Shown: piece after piece, positions 1-15,478 of the stretch
Layout: each line of letters begins with the position of its first letter
How positions within the stretch are numbered: the first letter of the stretch is position 1
From: the human T2T-CHM13v2.0 reference genome, Homo sapiens
Length of the DNA stretch: 64,000 nucleotides
Strand: one strand, 5' to 3'
Assembly: GCF_009914755.1 (NCBI RefSeq)
Contig: NC_060925.1
Notes under the pieces: model-generated
What the model was told of the DNA's origin: nothing
Databases searched by the model: none
Seen by the model: only the letters and a program-made list of their open reading frames with translations
Translations under genes and position numbers: made by a program

Positions 1-15
1 TCTCCCTTTTCTACA

Positions 16-1112
<1,097 letters not shown>

Positions 1113-1114
1113 AA

Positions 1115-1707
1115 TTTTTTTTTTTTTTTTTCAGACAGGGTCTCACTCTGTTGCCCAGGCCGGTGTGCAGTCTTGGCTCACTGCAGCCTCGACTTCCCAG
1201 GCTCAAGCGATCCTCCCACCTCCAGAGTAGCTGGGACTACAGGCGTGTGAGCCACCATACCCGGGTAGTTTTTTTTTTTTTCTTTTTTTTGAGATGGAGT
1301 ATCGCTCTGTCTCCCAGGCTGGAGTGCAGTGGCGCGATCTCGGCTGACTGCAACCTCCGCCTCCCGGGTTCAAGCAATTCCCTGCCTCAGCCTCCCGAGT
1401 AGCTGGGATTATAGGCGTCCGCCATCATGCCCGGCTAATTTTTTTGTGTTTTTAGTAGAGATGGGGTTTCACCATCTTGGCCAGGCTGGTCTTGAACTCC
1501 TGACCTCGTGAGCCACCCACCTCGGCCTCCCAAAGTACTGGAATTACAGGCATGAGCCACCGCGCCCGGCCACCCGGATAATTTTTTTAAAAAATTATTT
1601 GTAGAGATGGAGTCTGGCTATGTTGCCCAGGCTGGGCTCAAGCAATCATCCTGCTCCAACTTCCCAAAGTGCTGGGATTACAGGCGTGAGCCACCACACC
1701 TAGCCTC
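1115..1707 (-). mobile_element. AluJ split by a nested AluS (~1268-1571)
   Basis: AluJ right arm 1115-1267, complete AluS, then AluJ left arm 1572-1707; degenerate TSD acccgg.ta.ttttt. Confidence 0.85.
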
Positions 1708-1774
1708 CCTAAGAATTTGTCAGTCTTATTATTCATCTCTGACGCTTACTGGCTTGAGTCAGCCCTTTCTGTCG

Positions 1775-1850
1775 CATACCGTGCAGCTTGCCCGAGGCTG
1801 CCCAGGTTTCTGCACTGAGAGTCCCAAACAAACTGGGCAGTTGGTGAATG
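1775..1850. mobile_element. MER81-like hAT-Blackjack MITE remnant
   Basis: ttgcccgaggctgcccaggtttctgcactgagagtcccaaacaaactgggcagttggt resembles MER81. Confidence 0.5.
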
Positions 1851-1894
1851 AGCTGAGGTGATTTCAAGGGTGGCTGGCAAAGGTGCCATTCTTT

Positions 1895-2060
1895 TGTTCG
1901 TTCATTCATTCATTCATAAATACGAATGGAGTGGCTACTATGTGGCAGGCACCAAGTGCTGGGATGCTGCAGGGAATGAGCAAGCCAGGTGGTCACTGCT
2001 CATTGAATTTACTCTCTAGTGGTGGAGACGGCAAGTGAGCAGACAGCTAGACACTGTGAG
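1895..2060 (-). mobile_element. L2 3' end
   Basis: (TTCA)n followed by ctactatgtggcaggcac, typical of a reverse L2 tail. Confidence 0.65.
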
Positions 2061-3658
2061 CTCTGTTCTGTACGAGAGGGTGTGCCCAGAGAAGGACACC
2101 CAGTCCTTGGTGGCTTTGTTAGCCATTTAATATAAGAAACCATTTCTACTCTGTGCCAAACATTATGGTCCATTATCCCACTTAATCCCCACAGCAGTTC
2201 TGTGAAGAAAGTTTTTTGGTTTTGTTTTTTACTGAGTTTCCATTTTAGTCATCTCAGCTTCTTTTTCCAGCCCCCTCCATGGATCTGCTCAGAGCTGGCC
2301 TCACTCTTGGGACTTACCTTGGGCAGGAGTGGCCTGGAGCCTCCAAGGCACCTGCCTCTTCAGTCACTCCACGCGTTTGTGTAGATTGTTAACCTTGCAG
2401 GTCCCGGGGTTTCGTAGGAGTGATTTTTTTTTCCCCTTTCTGCCTGCTTGTTTTGGACATGTGAAGGGCGCCTTTCTATAGTCTTTGGTTTCCACTCTCA
2501 CAGCTGATGTGGATGCTACTGGAGACATTGAGATGGCCAGGTCAATTGGCTGGATGGGCTGTTTCTGGAGTCCTTGACTGGAACCCCGCTATACCGCCAG
2601 TGTGGCCTCATTAAAGGGGGTGTGTAGTGAGGCCTGAACCTCTAGGTCTAACCTGGAATATTCTCTTCAAGGCCATGTGACCTTGGATAAGCCCCTCCCC
2701 ATCTTTGACCTATAGTTTCCTTGCCTGAACCATTAGGGTGTTGGGCCCTCTGATTTAAGATTCTGTGATTCACGTGGCTGTCTTGTGGATAACTGGTAAC
2801 AATGCTGAGGTCACCTTGACTTTCACTGGCGCTGACCCAGGACTGGAACAGGGCCCCTCTGGTCTGCCCCATGGGGCCTCTTGGGTCACCCAAACTGGCT
2901 GAGATATGGGAAGACTGCCGCTCTGTCTCTAACTCCTCCTAACTGAATTGTCGTCTGAGCTGAAGAAAGCTCTTCCTGAAAGGAATGTATTTCTAGAGAA
3001 TTGGTCCTCTTAGCATTTTCAGGGTTCTTTCATCTCAAAGGCAGATGCCACCCCTAGATAAGCAACTACCCTTTCAGTTTGCCCAGGTCACCTTGGAAAA
3101 AGCAGTCTGAGGCCAGCATAAGTGAGACCTTGATTTATGGAGGGGCTGTTGGTGCCAATGGGCCCACATGCCCTGCAGTCACATCATTCCTGGGCTTCGT
3201 GGGGATTTGGGGAGCTCAAAGTTATGGAGGAATAAATTCCTGGGCGGCTGTACCTCCGCCCTGGACTTTGGGATGCCAGAAAGTCACAGCTGCAGAAGGA
3301 CTTAGAAATTTTCATGGCCTGATCCTGACATATTTTCCAAAGATGTCCTCATGATAAGACCCTAGGTTTTTTTGGTTTATTTCCATTCGTCTAGAGAGTG
3401 ACATATTGCTTTTCACCAGACAGTCTGCTAGACACTATGTTTATACTGAACTTTATCACTTGCAAAGGTGTTTACATAAACAGTCTCATTTAGTCCTCAT
3501 AACCACACTTTTGGGTTGGAAAAGCTGCTCCTGTTTTCCAGACTCTCTCAGTCTTTGGACAGCAGGAAAACTGAGCAGCCTTAGGTGAGCGTTTTGCTTT
3601 AGGAGGTCTTTCTCCCCTAAGAGCTGGAAATCATGTCCAGAATTGAAAATTAAAACCA

Positions 3659-3985
<327 letters not shown>

Positions 3986-4191
3986 TCAACTGTCATTTGT
4001 ACAATCAATTGTAGTCTGGTGTCTTGTAATTTAGGGCAACCTGGATGATTTCTGCCAGCCAGAGGGTGAAGGAGGGTTGGATTTAGGAGGAAATATCAGA
4101 TGTTGCCTGGGAGATTCATTTGCCTCTGGGAAAAACCCACAGCAACAGATTGCTGTGGTGGAGCTCTGGGGCCTTCTCATCTAAAATTTAG

Positions 4192-4492
<301 letters not shown>

Positions 4493-4549
4493 AAAATTTA
4501 GGATTTTATTTGCCTTTGGCCAGTGGGCTTCGTCCTTTCCGTCTCCCTG

Positions 4550-5110
4550 GCTGTCTCCTGAGCATCTCCATCTGGGCGTCCCAATGGTCCTTTAAACCCA
4601 ACCTATCCCAAACGGTACATCTCACCTGAGGAGTTTATACTTGTCTTATTAGCACCACCATCTACCGGATATCCAAGCCAGAAACTCGATGTCATCTTGA
4701 TTCTTCTCCCCACCCCATATCCAATCAACCATCAACTCCCACCATAGCTCCAAGGCTCCCCGGCTCCCCCGCGGGCCCTTCCAGTTACTTCTGTCCCTGT
4801 AATACAGCCTGCTCTATTCCCCGCCTCATTTCACACCTCCAAGCCTTTGCGTACGTCCGTGTCTTGGATCTGGAGTGTCCTTTCCTCCTCCTTCATGTGG
4901 TTGACTTGTCATCATTGAAGATTCAGCTCCAACTTTTTCCTCCCTTAGGAAGTCCCTCCTTGATTGTCCCTATCAAAATATCCTCTGCATATGCCATCCA
5001 TGCATGCAACACCTGTTTTAACAATGACCCATGAATATGTCTGCCTCCCCAGACTATGGGCAATTTGAGGGCTTGACCCACTTGACTCTATTTGATTTTC
5101 TTCATATAAC
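4550..5110 (+). mobile_element. L2 fragments
   Basis: Degenerate L2-like text (caagccagaaactcgatgtcatcttgattctt; aagattcagctcc; aggaagtccctccttga). Confidence 0.55.
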
Positions 5111-5141
5111 TTATTGCTATCTGCAAGTTTGTTTTTAATTC

Positions 5142-5746
<605 letters not shown>

Positions 5747-7524
5747 TGTTTTTAATTCTTTATGAACGTATTTATTGTCAGAGCCTCCCATGACCGATGT
5801 CAAGGACTCCCAGAATTGGAATAGACGGAATTGGCAAATCAAAACGTCAACCAGCCAGCGGCACAGATCCTTTCTAGCCCCCACCCCAGTCCCATCTATG
5901 ATTTTTCTCAGAGAAGCCTTGTCCCTTATGCTAGGGCACTCGGTGGTCATCTATACTAAGGGTCATGGGGATATTGGGGTGACTAATGATGGTAACTGCC
6001 ACATTTGGAGGACACATTTGGTACTGTGTACCAGGTCCTATGCAGAATACTTTGGGTACATGTCCTCTCTGTAATCATTTCAGCAACGGCACAAAGTAGG
6101 GATTACTATTCTTCATTTACAGTTGATGCAACTGAGCCTCAGAGAGTGTCAACAACTCACCGCAGGTCACCCAGCAAGTAGGTCAGCCTCTTCTGTTAGG
6201 TAGATGGGCTGGGCTGCAGGCGTGCGCCTAAGGCTCGTGGGAACATGGTGGTTGCAGCCATTCTGGTCTACCCACAGAGGGTGCTGCTGCCTCACAGAAC
6301 TACCCAGGGCTCCCTACTGGACCTTGCCAACCTGCCCTTAGAAAGGCCTTATCTAAACTCTCTTCCCTCATCCCATGCAAACCCCACCATATAATTAGAC
6401 TTCTCAAAATATTCTCTTCGAGTGGGATGGGGACAATCATAGGCTACAGGCTTCTCCAATTTCAAGAGCAGCCTCTATGGAACTCCCGGAGCAAAAAAGT
6501 CATGAGCCACCCCCACTCCAGATGGGGCTGCGTTTCACACAGCTGAAGTCAGCTCAGCTGCTGGGACTTAGCAAGTGGTCCAAGGCCTTCTGGGGACTGT
6601 CATGCTGCTGGCCCTATAGCAGCACACACACACATACATTTGGAGCTCACCCACCCTGCTAACTTCTGCCTCATTCCCAGATGCCTGCCGTCACCAGCAT
6701 ACTCTCAAATGAGCAGTTAGTTTGTTCCTCTGGATGTGTGTGGGTGAGCACTTTGCAAACACCGTATAATGCCATGATCAAACGCCCTTTCCAGCCAAAT
6801 CTGGCTTTTGAGCACTGTTTTCTATCAGAGACACAGCCATGCAAATGAAATGCAAATACGAATAGTGGGTAAATATTCATGCGTAGCGGCGAGATGCCAG
6901 CCGACTGGAAACAAAAGTCAGAGAGCTGCAGAACGTTAAAGGCAATTTGACCTCTTAGGGAGGCTGGTAGGTAGAATGGTTAAGTGTGCAGGCCTTTAGG
7001 GGTCTGAAACCCTGTTATATCAGCCATTTGCTCTGTGATCTTGAGCAAGTTCCTTAACCTCTTTGTGCATTCATTTCCTATTGTGTAAGACGGTGAAAAA
7101 GAAACAGTCGCCTTGCAGGGAGGAGAATTAAATGAGTTAGTGTCTATAGGGAGCCATCAATCTTAAATTGGTAGTGGAGAGCCCAGCTGGGGAAAGGAAA
7201 GAGGTAAAAGATAACTGTGCCTTATTAGGGGAAATAGATTATGCTTATCAGAATGGGAAGACTTCAGCATACATACAATGTCAAGGATTTCAGGCAGCTC
7301 TAAAAAATTATTTTAGAATACTGTACATATGTAATTAAATTCTCACTATGTAAAAATTTCAAGCAATATAGATAAAGCTTAAATCCCCTCAGTCACACTT
7401 CCTTTCCCAGGGGTGATTGCTATTGTCAGTTTCATGGGATTGCTTCCAGATTTTTTTCTTTGTATGTATTTACATATGTATGTTTCTACAGAAATCCATG
7501 GCTTTGCTTGCTGTTATTTTTCTA

Positions 7525-7837
<313 letters not shown>

Positions 7838-8536
7838 ATTTTTATTTTTAGAAAATACAAACGATAACATACATGTTCTGCAAGCTGCCATTTTTTCGTC
7901 AAGTGCTGTGTCTTGGAGGTCTTTCCATGTTAGTATGCATAGATCCGTCTCATCATATATGCTGCAGAATATTTAAAAGCAGGGCTGTACCATGGTTTGC
8001 TTATCCCTCAGGAAATTTCTTAAAAATGTTTTCCCTATGAGTTTAATATCAGTGAAGAAATATGTTACTGTCAGCTTCCTAAAATACAGGATTGATCATG
8101 TGACCGCAGTGACCTCAAACCTTCAGACGGTTTCCAGGGCACCAACCCTAGTGTTTCCAGCATTACTGCAATCTATATTTTAGCTACTCACTATAATCAC
8201 AATTTCCCAGACATATTACACACCTGGACCTCTTTGTGTCTCTACTCAGCTTGGCAACCCCTCCTCCCCTCTTTGCCTAATCATTCATTTCTACATTCAC
8301 TCAGCAGTCATTCATCTTAGGACAAATGAACACCAGGCCATCCTTGGTCATTCTCCCAGCAGGAAAGGTGTGTGTGTGTGTACACAGATTTTTGTACCTT
8401 ATTCATTCCTCCATTCAGCAAGTATTTATCAGGTGCCTATTCCATCAGTGTGCCTCTCTGCTCTCCTGTCTGTCTCCCTGACTCAGCTGTCAGCTCCTTG
8501 AGGGATTAGATAATGTCTCATGCACAGGGCTTTCCA

Positions 8537-8667
8537 GGGAGAACAAACACCCTGGTTTGCCGAGCATAGTTCCGGATTCTTCTGTTGCCCTGATGGAATT
8601 ATTTGCAGGGCTCCTCTGAGATCTCAGAAGTGCCCTGGTTTAGATGAAAAATTGTGGGATCACTGGT
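8537..8667. mobile_element. MER94-like hAT-Blackjack element
   Basis: ccctggtttgccgagcatagttccgg...ctcagaagtgccctggtttagatgaaaaatt resembles MER94. Confidence 0.55.
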
Positions 8668-9011
8668 TTTACACACAGTAGACACTTGGCAAATGTTAAT
8701 GGAGAAAAGTGAACGGATGGATGAATGAATATAATTTGCTTTTCACGATTTAGACATGCCATCTTACTCCGAGCTGAGGAATAGAGAGAGCACATACTGA
8801 GCTACGTAGAGGTCATTTCATTATGGGCCTTATTGCCTTAGAGGGGTTTGTAGGAATCCTATAATCTCCAGACATCTTGCTTGCAGGTAGAGGGGATATC
8901 TTGTTGATAAGATTCTTCTAATAGGACACCTGACATGCTAAAAACTGGTGCAAAGATAAGGTAACATTTGTGAATGAAAGAATGCTAAACTTGGGTTAGA
9001 AAGCTGTTTCT

Positions 9012-9317
9012 TTTTTCTTTTCTTTTTTTTTCTTTTGAGACAGTGTCTTGTTCTGTTGCCCAGGCTGCAGTGCAGTGGCATGACCTTGGCTCACTGCAAC
9101 CTCTGCCTCCTGGGTTCAAGTGATTCTCCTGCTTTAGCCTCTCTATTAGCTGGGATTATAGATGTGTGCCACCGCGCCTGGCTAATTTTTGTATTTTTAG
9201 TAGAGACGGGGTTTTGTCATGTTGGCCAGGCTGGTCTTGAACTCCTGACCTCAAGTGATCTGTCCACCTTGGCCTCCCAAAGTGCTGGGATTATAGGCAT
9301 GAGCCATGGCGCCCGGC
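9012..9317 (-). mobile_element. AluS with 15-bp TSD
   Basis: TSD TAGAAAGCTGTTTCT at 8997-9011 and 9318-9332. Confidence 0.92.
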
Positions 9318-9344
9318 TAGAAAGCTGTTTCTGAGATGTAGTCA

Positions 9345-9536
9345 AGAGCAGGCGCTCAGTGGGTGGGCTCCGGAGCCAGACCACCCAGGTATGAATCCCA
9401 GCTCTGCCATTTCCTGCTGAGTAATCTTGAGCAAGTCACTTCCTGTCTCTGAGCTTCAGTTTCCTCATCTGTAAGGTGGGGATAACAACCTCACAGCTTA
9501 GTTTTGAGAATTAGATGAGATGATGAATGCAAAGCA
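9345..9536 (+). mobile_element. MIR
   Basis: ggagccagac...gaatcccagctctgcc...cttgagcaagtcactt...cagtttcctcatctgtaa. Confidence 0.8.
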
Positions 9537-9537
9537 T

Positions 9538-9615
9538 TAGGTTGAACCAACAAAAATCGCCTCTATTTGACCATTTTGACCTTCCAAATGGGATTCCATA
9601 TAGTTCCACCTGGTA
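9538..9615. mobile_element. MADE2-like mariner MITE
   Basis: ttaggttgaacca...atatagttccacctggta imperfect terminal inverted repeats, ~80 bp. Confidence 0.6.
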
Positions 9616-9767
9616 GGAATGCAATCAATGTTTAAGAAATGTTTGGGCTGACTTTTCTGCTTCCATTGCCTAGCTGAACAGATGTTTCCTTCTTTTATTC
9701 AAAACACATTTGCTGAGCATCAACTATGTGCCAGGAATTGCCATCAGTAGGAAAACAAAATATTCCC

Positions 9768-10065
9768 TTTTTTTTTTGTTTTTTGGGATGGAGTCTCGCT
9801 CTGTCCCCCAGGCTGGAGTGCAGTGGTGCAATCTCGGCTCACTACAACCTCTGCCTCCAGAGCTCAAGCGATTCTCCTGCCTCAGCCTACTGAGTAGCTG
9901 GGATTACAGGTGCTCGCCATCACGCCTGGCTAATTTTTGTATTTTAGTAGAGACTGGGTTTCACCATATTGGCCAGGCTGGTCTCGAACTCCTGACCTTA
10001 GGTGATCTGCCCGCCTTGGCCTCCCAAAGTGCTGGGATTACAGGCATGAGTCACTGTAGCTGGCC
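9768..10065 (-). mobile_element. AluS
   Basis: Dimeric Alu, TSD aaaa.attcc.ttt. Confidence 0.9.
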
Positions 10066-11079
10066 GGAAAACATTCCTTTTAAAGATTGAACGTATCTCT
10101 TCAGCTCTTCAGTAACACAGTAGCCTGCGCATGGGGCCTTAGCATGCTGGTCAGAGACTGTTAGTCATCTTTGGGTATAACCAGGGCTGTCAGAAAGCAG
10201 ACCTTTGCTTGTGGAAGGTGAGGGATTGAGGCCAAGCTGGCGTGGCCTGAACCCAGCAGTTTGCTTAGAGACTACCCAGAGAAGACCTTTGCTTTTTCAA
10301 AGATCAGGGCTGAAAAAGAGCCCAGCTGGCCAGGGGGATGGGGTGAAGGTCTTTCACATCAGCCAGGCTTGAGACAAGGCTGCAGAGCTGGGCTTTGTGC
10401 CTGGGAGCATTCTTTTTCTGCATGTCCAGCTGGAGAAAGGATCCTACATGCTGCCATTTGATGTCACTCCTATATTTAGTTGCTAATAACTTTTCCATCA
10501 GCCCCTTGGACCTGATACCACTTGCTTGAGGATCCTACATGAATCTCACTGGAGAGGCAGATTCATTCCTGGCTGCTTTTTGTTTCGGAGGAGAGACCTC
10601 CCCCCAACCACTTCCGTGGGGTTTTGGCTATGCCAAGGTGTGGCTCTGATCCCATCTGGAATGCTGGAGGAATCTGAGATAACGAGCTGCTCTCACCTGG
10701 GACTCCAAGTACACATTTTAGATTAAATGTAGAACCAGGCTGTATCCACAGGAAGAGTGAGGGGAAAAAGAGGACCTGGTGGGGGTTCCCATCTTGACAG
10801 TGGGCAGAGGGGACCTGGCCAAAGGCAATCACCTTGCAGAGAGAGAGGGGGGTCCTGGTAACTTGGCAGCAGCCATGGTTCAGACAAGAAGACTTTCGGA
10901 AGGGCAAGGGTCTGCATACCAAGGCCAGTGATGGCTCGTATCTGTTTTACATTTCTTTTTTCAATATGATAATAATAAACTTTTATTAACCATTGCAGTC
11001 AAACTAGTGGACTCTGGGGGTTTAAGGAATGTGCCTATTTCCACAATTGGCGCTCAGCCTGGCAGACAAGTTTCTAGAA

Positions 11080-11397
11080 CAATACCTTCCAATATGATAG
11101 CCACTTGTAGCTATTGAGCACTTAAAATGTGGCTAGTCTGAATAGATGTGTGATATAAGTATAGAATACACATTAGATTTCAAAGACTTACTACCAAAAA
11201 ATGAGAATGTAAAATATCTCATTGAAATTTTACACTTTAGATTACATGTTGAAATGATAATGATTTGGATAGATTGGGCTAAAGAAAATATATTATTAAA
11301 ATTAATTTCACCTGCATTTTACTTTTTAAATGTGGCTACTAGGGAATTCAAAATCACATTATGTAGTTTGCATTATATTTCTATTGGAAAGTGCTGT
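11080..11397. mobile_element. MER33 (hAT-Charlie), near full length
   Basis: tccaatatgatagccac...ctattgagcacttaaaatgtggctagt...ctattggaaagtgctg. Confidence 0.8.
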
Positions 11398-11593
11398 TCA
11401 AAAGTCTCAAGGTAACACTCAGCGACCCTGAGGTGGGTGATTGGCCAAGATGTGAAAACATCACCAGGATGAACTTGTTGAACATCCCAGCATCCCTTGG
11501 GGAATTGCAGAACTAGATGGGTCAGGAAATCTATGAAAGATTGGCCTTGCAGTGGCTTGGACCACATTAGTTGGGTATAAAAGAGGATTTCGG

Positions 11594-11899
<306 letters not shown>

Positions 11900-12399
11900 G
11901 GGGATTTCAGAGGCCTGGGCCCCTGGGTTAAGCCTGGGAGTGAGTGAACCAGTGATTCTCATTTTGCAGTGGCCCCTTTAAAATAGTGGCACCAAGACAT
12001 TGGTCCAGAAGCTCAAGATGGGACTAAGGAGTGAGAAGGGCCCCAGGTGTCTCCCAAAGAACTTGGAAGCAGCTTCTAGACTCAGCAACCAATCAGGTGA
12101 CTCCATTTTAGGGCCTCAGGAGTTTGTTCACAAAGACCCTGTTAGATCATGGTTATGTTGTATGGATTTTCATACCATGGGTCAAATCACAAATACTTGT
12201 GTGTAGTAGCTGTTGATTAAAAGGACACAACATCACCCAGAGCAATGGACAAGGCTGATTCCCTGCCGTGGTTGCGGTTCCCTCTTCTGGTTGCGGCAGA
12301 ACTTGTCACAAGCTTGTGACTTTGTTCCTAATCCCAGCTGTGATCTTTAGATGGTTGCCTATGAGCTCCTGGTGCCCCCTCGCCCATTCAGAGGGCCAG

Positions 12400-12968
12400 A
12401 GTCCCCAGAGCCAATGACTGGTGCAGGCGGACAAAGACTCAGCCTCCAGACAGGACAGCTCAGAGGTGCCATTTATGCTCCAGAGCTCTCCAGGGATCGG
12501 TCTGAGGCTTCACCTCACACTCTTGTATGGTTTCTTCCCTTTCCTTGGCCTGCTCCCCCAGTTACCATCTTGGTTTCCCCGGAGGCTCCTTTTTTTTTTT
12601 TTTTTTGAGACAGGGTCTTGCTCTGTCATGTGGGTTGGAATGTAGTGCAGTGGGACGATCGTGGCTCCCTGCAGACTCCATGTCCTAGGCTCAGTTGATC
12701 CTCTTGCCTCAGCCTCCCCCCAAGTAGCTGGGACTACAGGCATGTGCCACCATGCCCAGCTAATTTTTTAAATTTTTTATAGAGATGGGGGTCTCACTAT
12801 GTTGCCTAAGCTGGTATGGAACTCTTGGGCTCAAGGGATCCTCCTGCCTTGGCCTCCCAAAGTGCTGAGGTTACAGGCATGAGCCACTGCGCCGGCCACT
12901 TCTCAATAAATCACTTGTTCCCGAATGCTCATCTCAGGCTCTGCTCCTGGGGAACCCCATCAGAACAA
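12400..12968 (+). mobile_element. LTR16-like ERVL solo LTR interrupted by AluJ (-, ~12590-12897)
   Basis: 3' end caataaatcacttgttcccgaatgctcatctcaggctctgctcctggggaaccc resembles the LTR16 family. Confidence 0.65.
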
Positions 12969-13197
12969 CATAGTCAGACTTTATTGCGGGTACTGGTCTT
13001 GACCTTCGGTGGTGGCCATGTAATATGCAGTTGCTGAGTGTGTTGGGGATTCCGAACCCTCAAGATACCTATGCTGAGAGCCCAGACCCTGTGCCCAGAA
13101 CAGCAAGGGCTGCAGGACCAGGAGGGCCCAGTGTGTGGCTTGCCTCACTCCAGGCCGTGTCTATGAAGCAGCAAAGAACATCACACCAACAGCCATA

Positions 13198-15478
13198 TGA
13201 CTTCCCCTTGGACCATTTATTTCATTGTTCTTTAGTCGAGCTCTTCCCTAAACATCTTTAGATCTCCACCACAGGCTCTTTTCCAGAAATTTGAAACTGT
13301 GTTCTTCTTGCCATCTTCACGACATCCCCTGCCCTCTTACATAAGATATTTCAACATCAAGGTGGAAGCAGGAACTTAGCTGAGTTTTGCAACAGAGAAG
13401 CGTATTCTAGGCCTACATTTATAGAAAGTGGGGGTGGGGAAGAGCCATGAGTCCACGGGGGTATATCCACACCGAGGGTTGTCACACTGGGTGGGCAAGT
13501 GAGATGGGAACGGGTGTGTGAGTCCTGGGAACTTCAGAAACATCAGAAATTACCGACATCATTGGGGAAAGCCTTAGAAAAATCTATAAAGACACACTGT
13601 CTGCACATGGGAGGCGCTCACTTCCCCCTAATGTAGACTAAAAAAAAAAAAAAAAAAAAGAAAGAAAACCCATAAACCCACATTAACCAAACACACACAC
13701 ACATGACAAACTCTAAGTCTCCAGACAGACACCCTCAAATAGGCACTTGGTGTTTTCAGCTCTGGGGCTGGAGAGATCTGGGGCTTTGGCCTCCAAAGGC
13801 AGGAGCTGCTGTCCCCAGAGAGGAGACAACAGCTTCTGGAGGCTCTGGGGACTCATTGGATGGGTACTGGCTAGGTAGATGGGAAGGGGGCCTGTTTAAA
13901 GAAGACCCCCCACCCCCACTGCCCATTTCACCACAACAGTGACTTGCTGGAAGTTTTGTGCCCTGCGGATTTCTGAATATAGTGGACAGGCATTTCTAAA
14001 GAGCGCATCACTGAAGGGGCAGAGGCTGGCCTTTAAATGTGGGCTTTGCATGTTGGGGAGTGATGGGTTCCATGCCAGTAGGGACCAGGTCCAGACTGCT
14101 ACTAACCACTGTGTTTGCAGAGCCCAACGCCGTGCCTGGCGCTTAGTGGCATACAACAAATGTTTGTTGAATGGTTGAAGGAAATAATCCCAAATGAAAA
14201 TCTTGTTCCTCCAAGAATATAAATTACATTATAACCTTTTCATTGGTTATAAATCGGTTCTTCAAAATGGGATTATAATTCATTTATTCTTCTGGCCCTA
14301 AAGGAACTTTTAAAGATTGAAACTGAGTCTTTTCAGTTGGAGCCAGGGAATGAATCTGGGTATGTCCAAATGAGAGGGTCTTTGGCAAAGGCACTGGTGA
14401 ATTTCAATGGGATAATCAAACCACCCCTAAGTTGGCAGCTGACCCAGAACTGGCTGTTGGGCTGGAGGGTAGGCCAGGGTCCTTATGTGTTGGATCTGAT
14501 GTCCGGAGAGGAGGGGCTGGTCACTTATTATGCCCCTGGGAAGGCCTGAATCCGGCTGCTGGTGAACAAGTTCTTGTCTAGCTGCCTGGACAGATGGCAC
14601 CAGGAATAAAAAGGAAGAAAGTCAAGGCAGTGGAAGGAGGAAGGTCAGGGAGCGGCCAGAGAATCAAGGACCAGGCAAGAGAAGATGGATATGGCTGACC
14701 AGGGGCATCTTTACGCATTGAACTCTCAGGTCACAAGTATGCTGGTCTGGGGAGAAATCCCCATGCATGCGGGGGAGCCTGCATCCCTGAGACAGATGAG
14801 GCAAAAGGAGCATCCCACACGTGGGGAAACCTGCTCAGATGAAATGTTTCCAGGAAGGTTCTAAGCTAACTTACTGGACCCTCAGGGAGTGGGGAGGACT
14901 AGCCAACAGTGTCCACACTGCAGAGAGAAAGCCAAGAGGATTTGAGAGGTTGGTAAGGAATGAATAATTGGGGGTGGCCACCTGGAAACCCTGAGGGAGA
15001 TGTATTTGAAATGACGATGGCAGTTCAAGATACGTCTAGGGTCCCGGGGTCCTGGGGTCCCTTTCCATGGATTCTACCTTGATTTTCAGAGCATGGCTGC
15101 TGGAAGAACTGGCAATCCCAGAATCTCCTTCCCTTCTCCCCTCATTCAGTGTCAGATTAGAGACTCAAAATTCTTTGGGGAGCAGTTTGGGCACATGGTT
15201 TGCTGTGTTTTGTTGTGTTCTGTTCCTTATGTCAGGGCTACAGAGACACTGGCCCAGCTATTTTCAGCAGGGACAGAGTCGAGGCTCACTGGGGATGGCT
15301 TCAGAGGACACTGAGGCCCCTCTCAGGGAGGGCAAGGCACAGATACCCCAAATTCCACCCCACGTCCCAAAGGTCTCCCAGCGGGGCTGTCCAGTCCATG
15401 TCAGCAGAAGGCTCTGGGCATGTGAGGGAGGGTCTGGAGAACTAAGCGAAGGAGGCAAACACCAGGGCCCCTGGCAGG
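13198..15478 (-). other. PADI2: PADI2 3'UTR (exon 16), end approximate
   Basis: Alu-free stretch between the stop codon and AATAAA; small L2 tail remnant at ~14100-14180. Confidence 0.75.
13216..13221 (-). terminator. PADI2: PADI2 polyadenylation signal AATAAA (cleavage expected ~13195-13200)
   Basis: tttatt on + strand; gives a ~2.3-kb 3'UTR, consistent with a ~4.3-kb mRNA as recalled. Confidence 0.75.
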
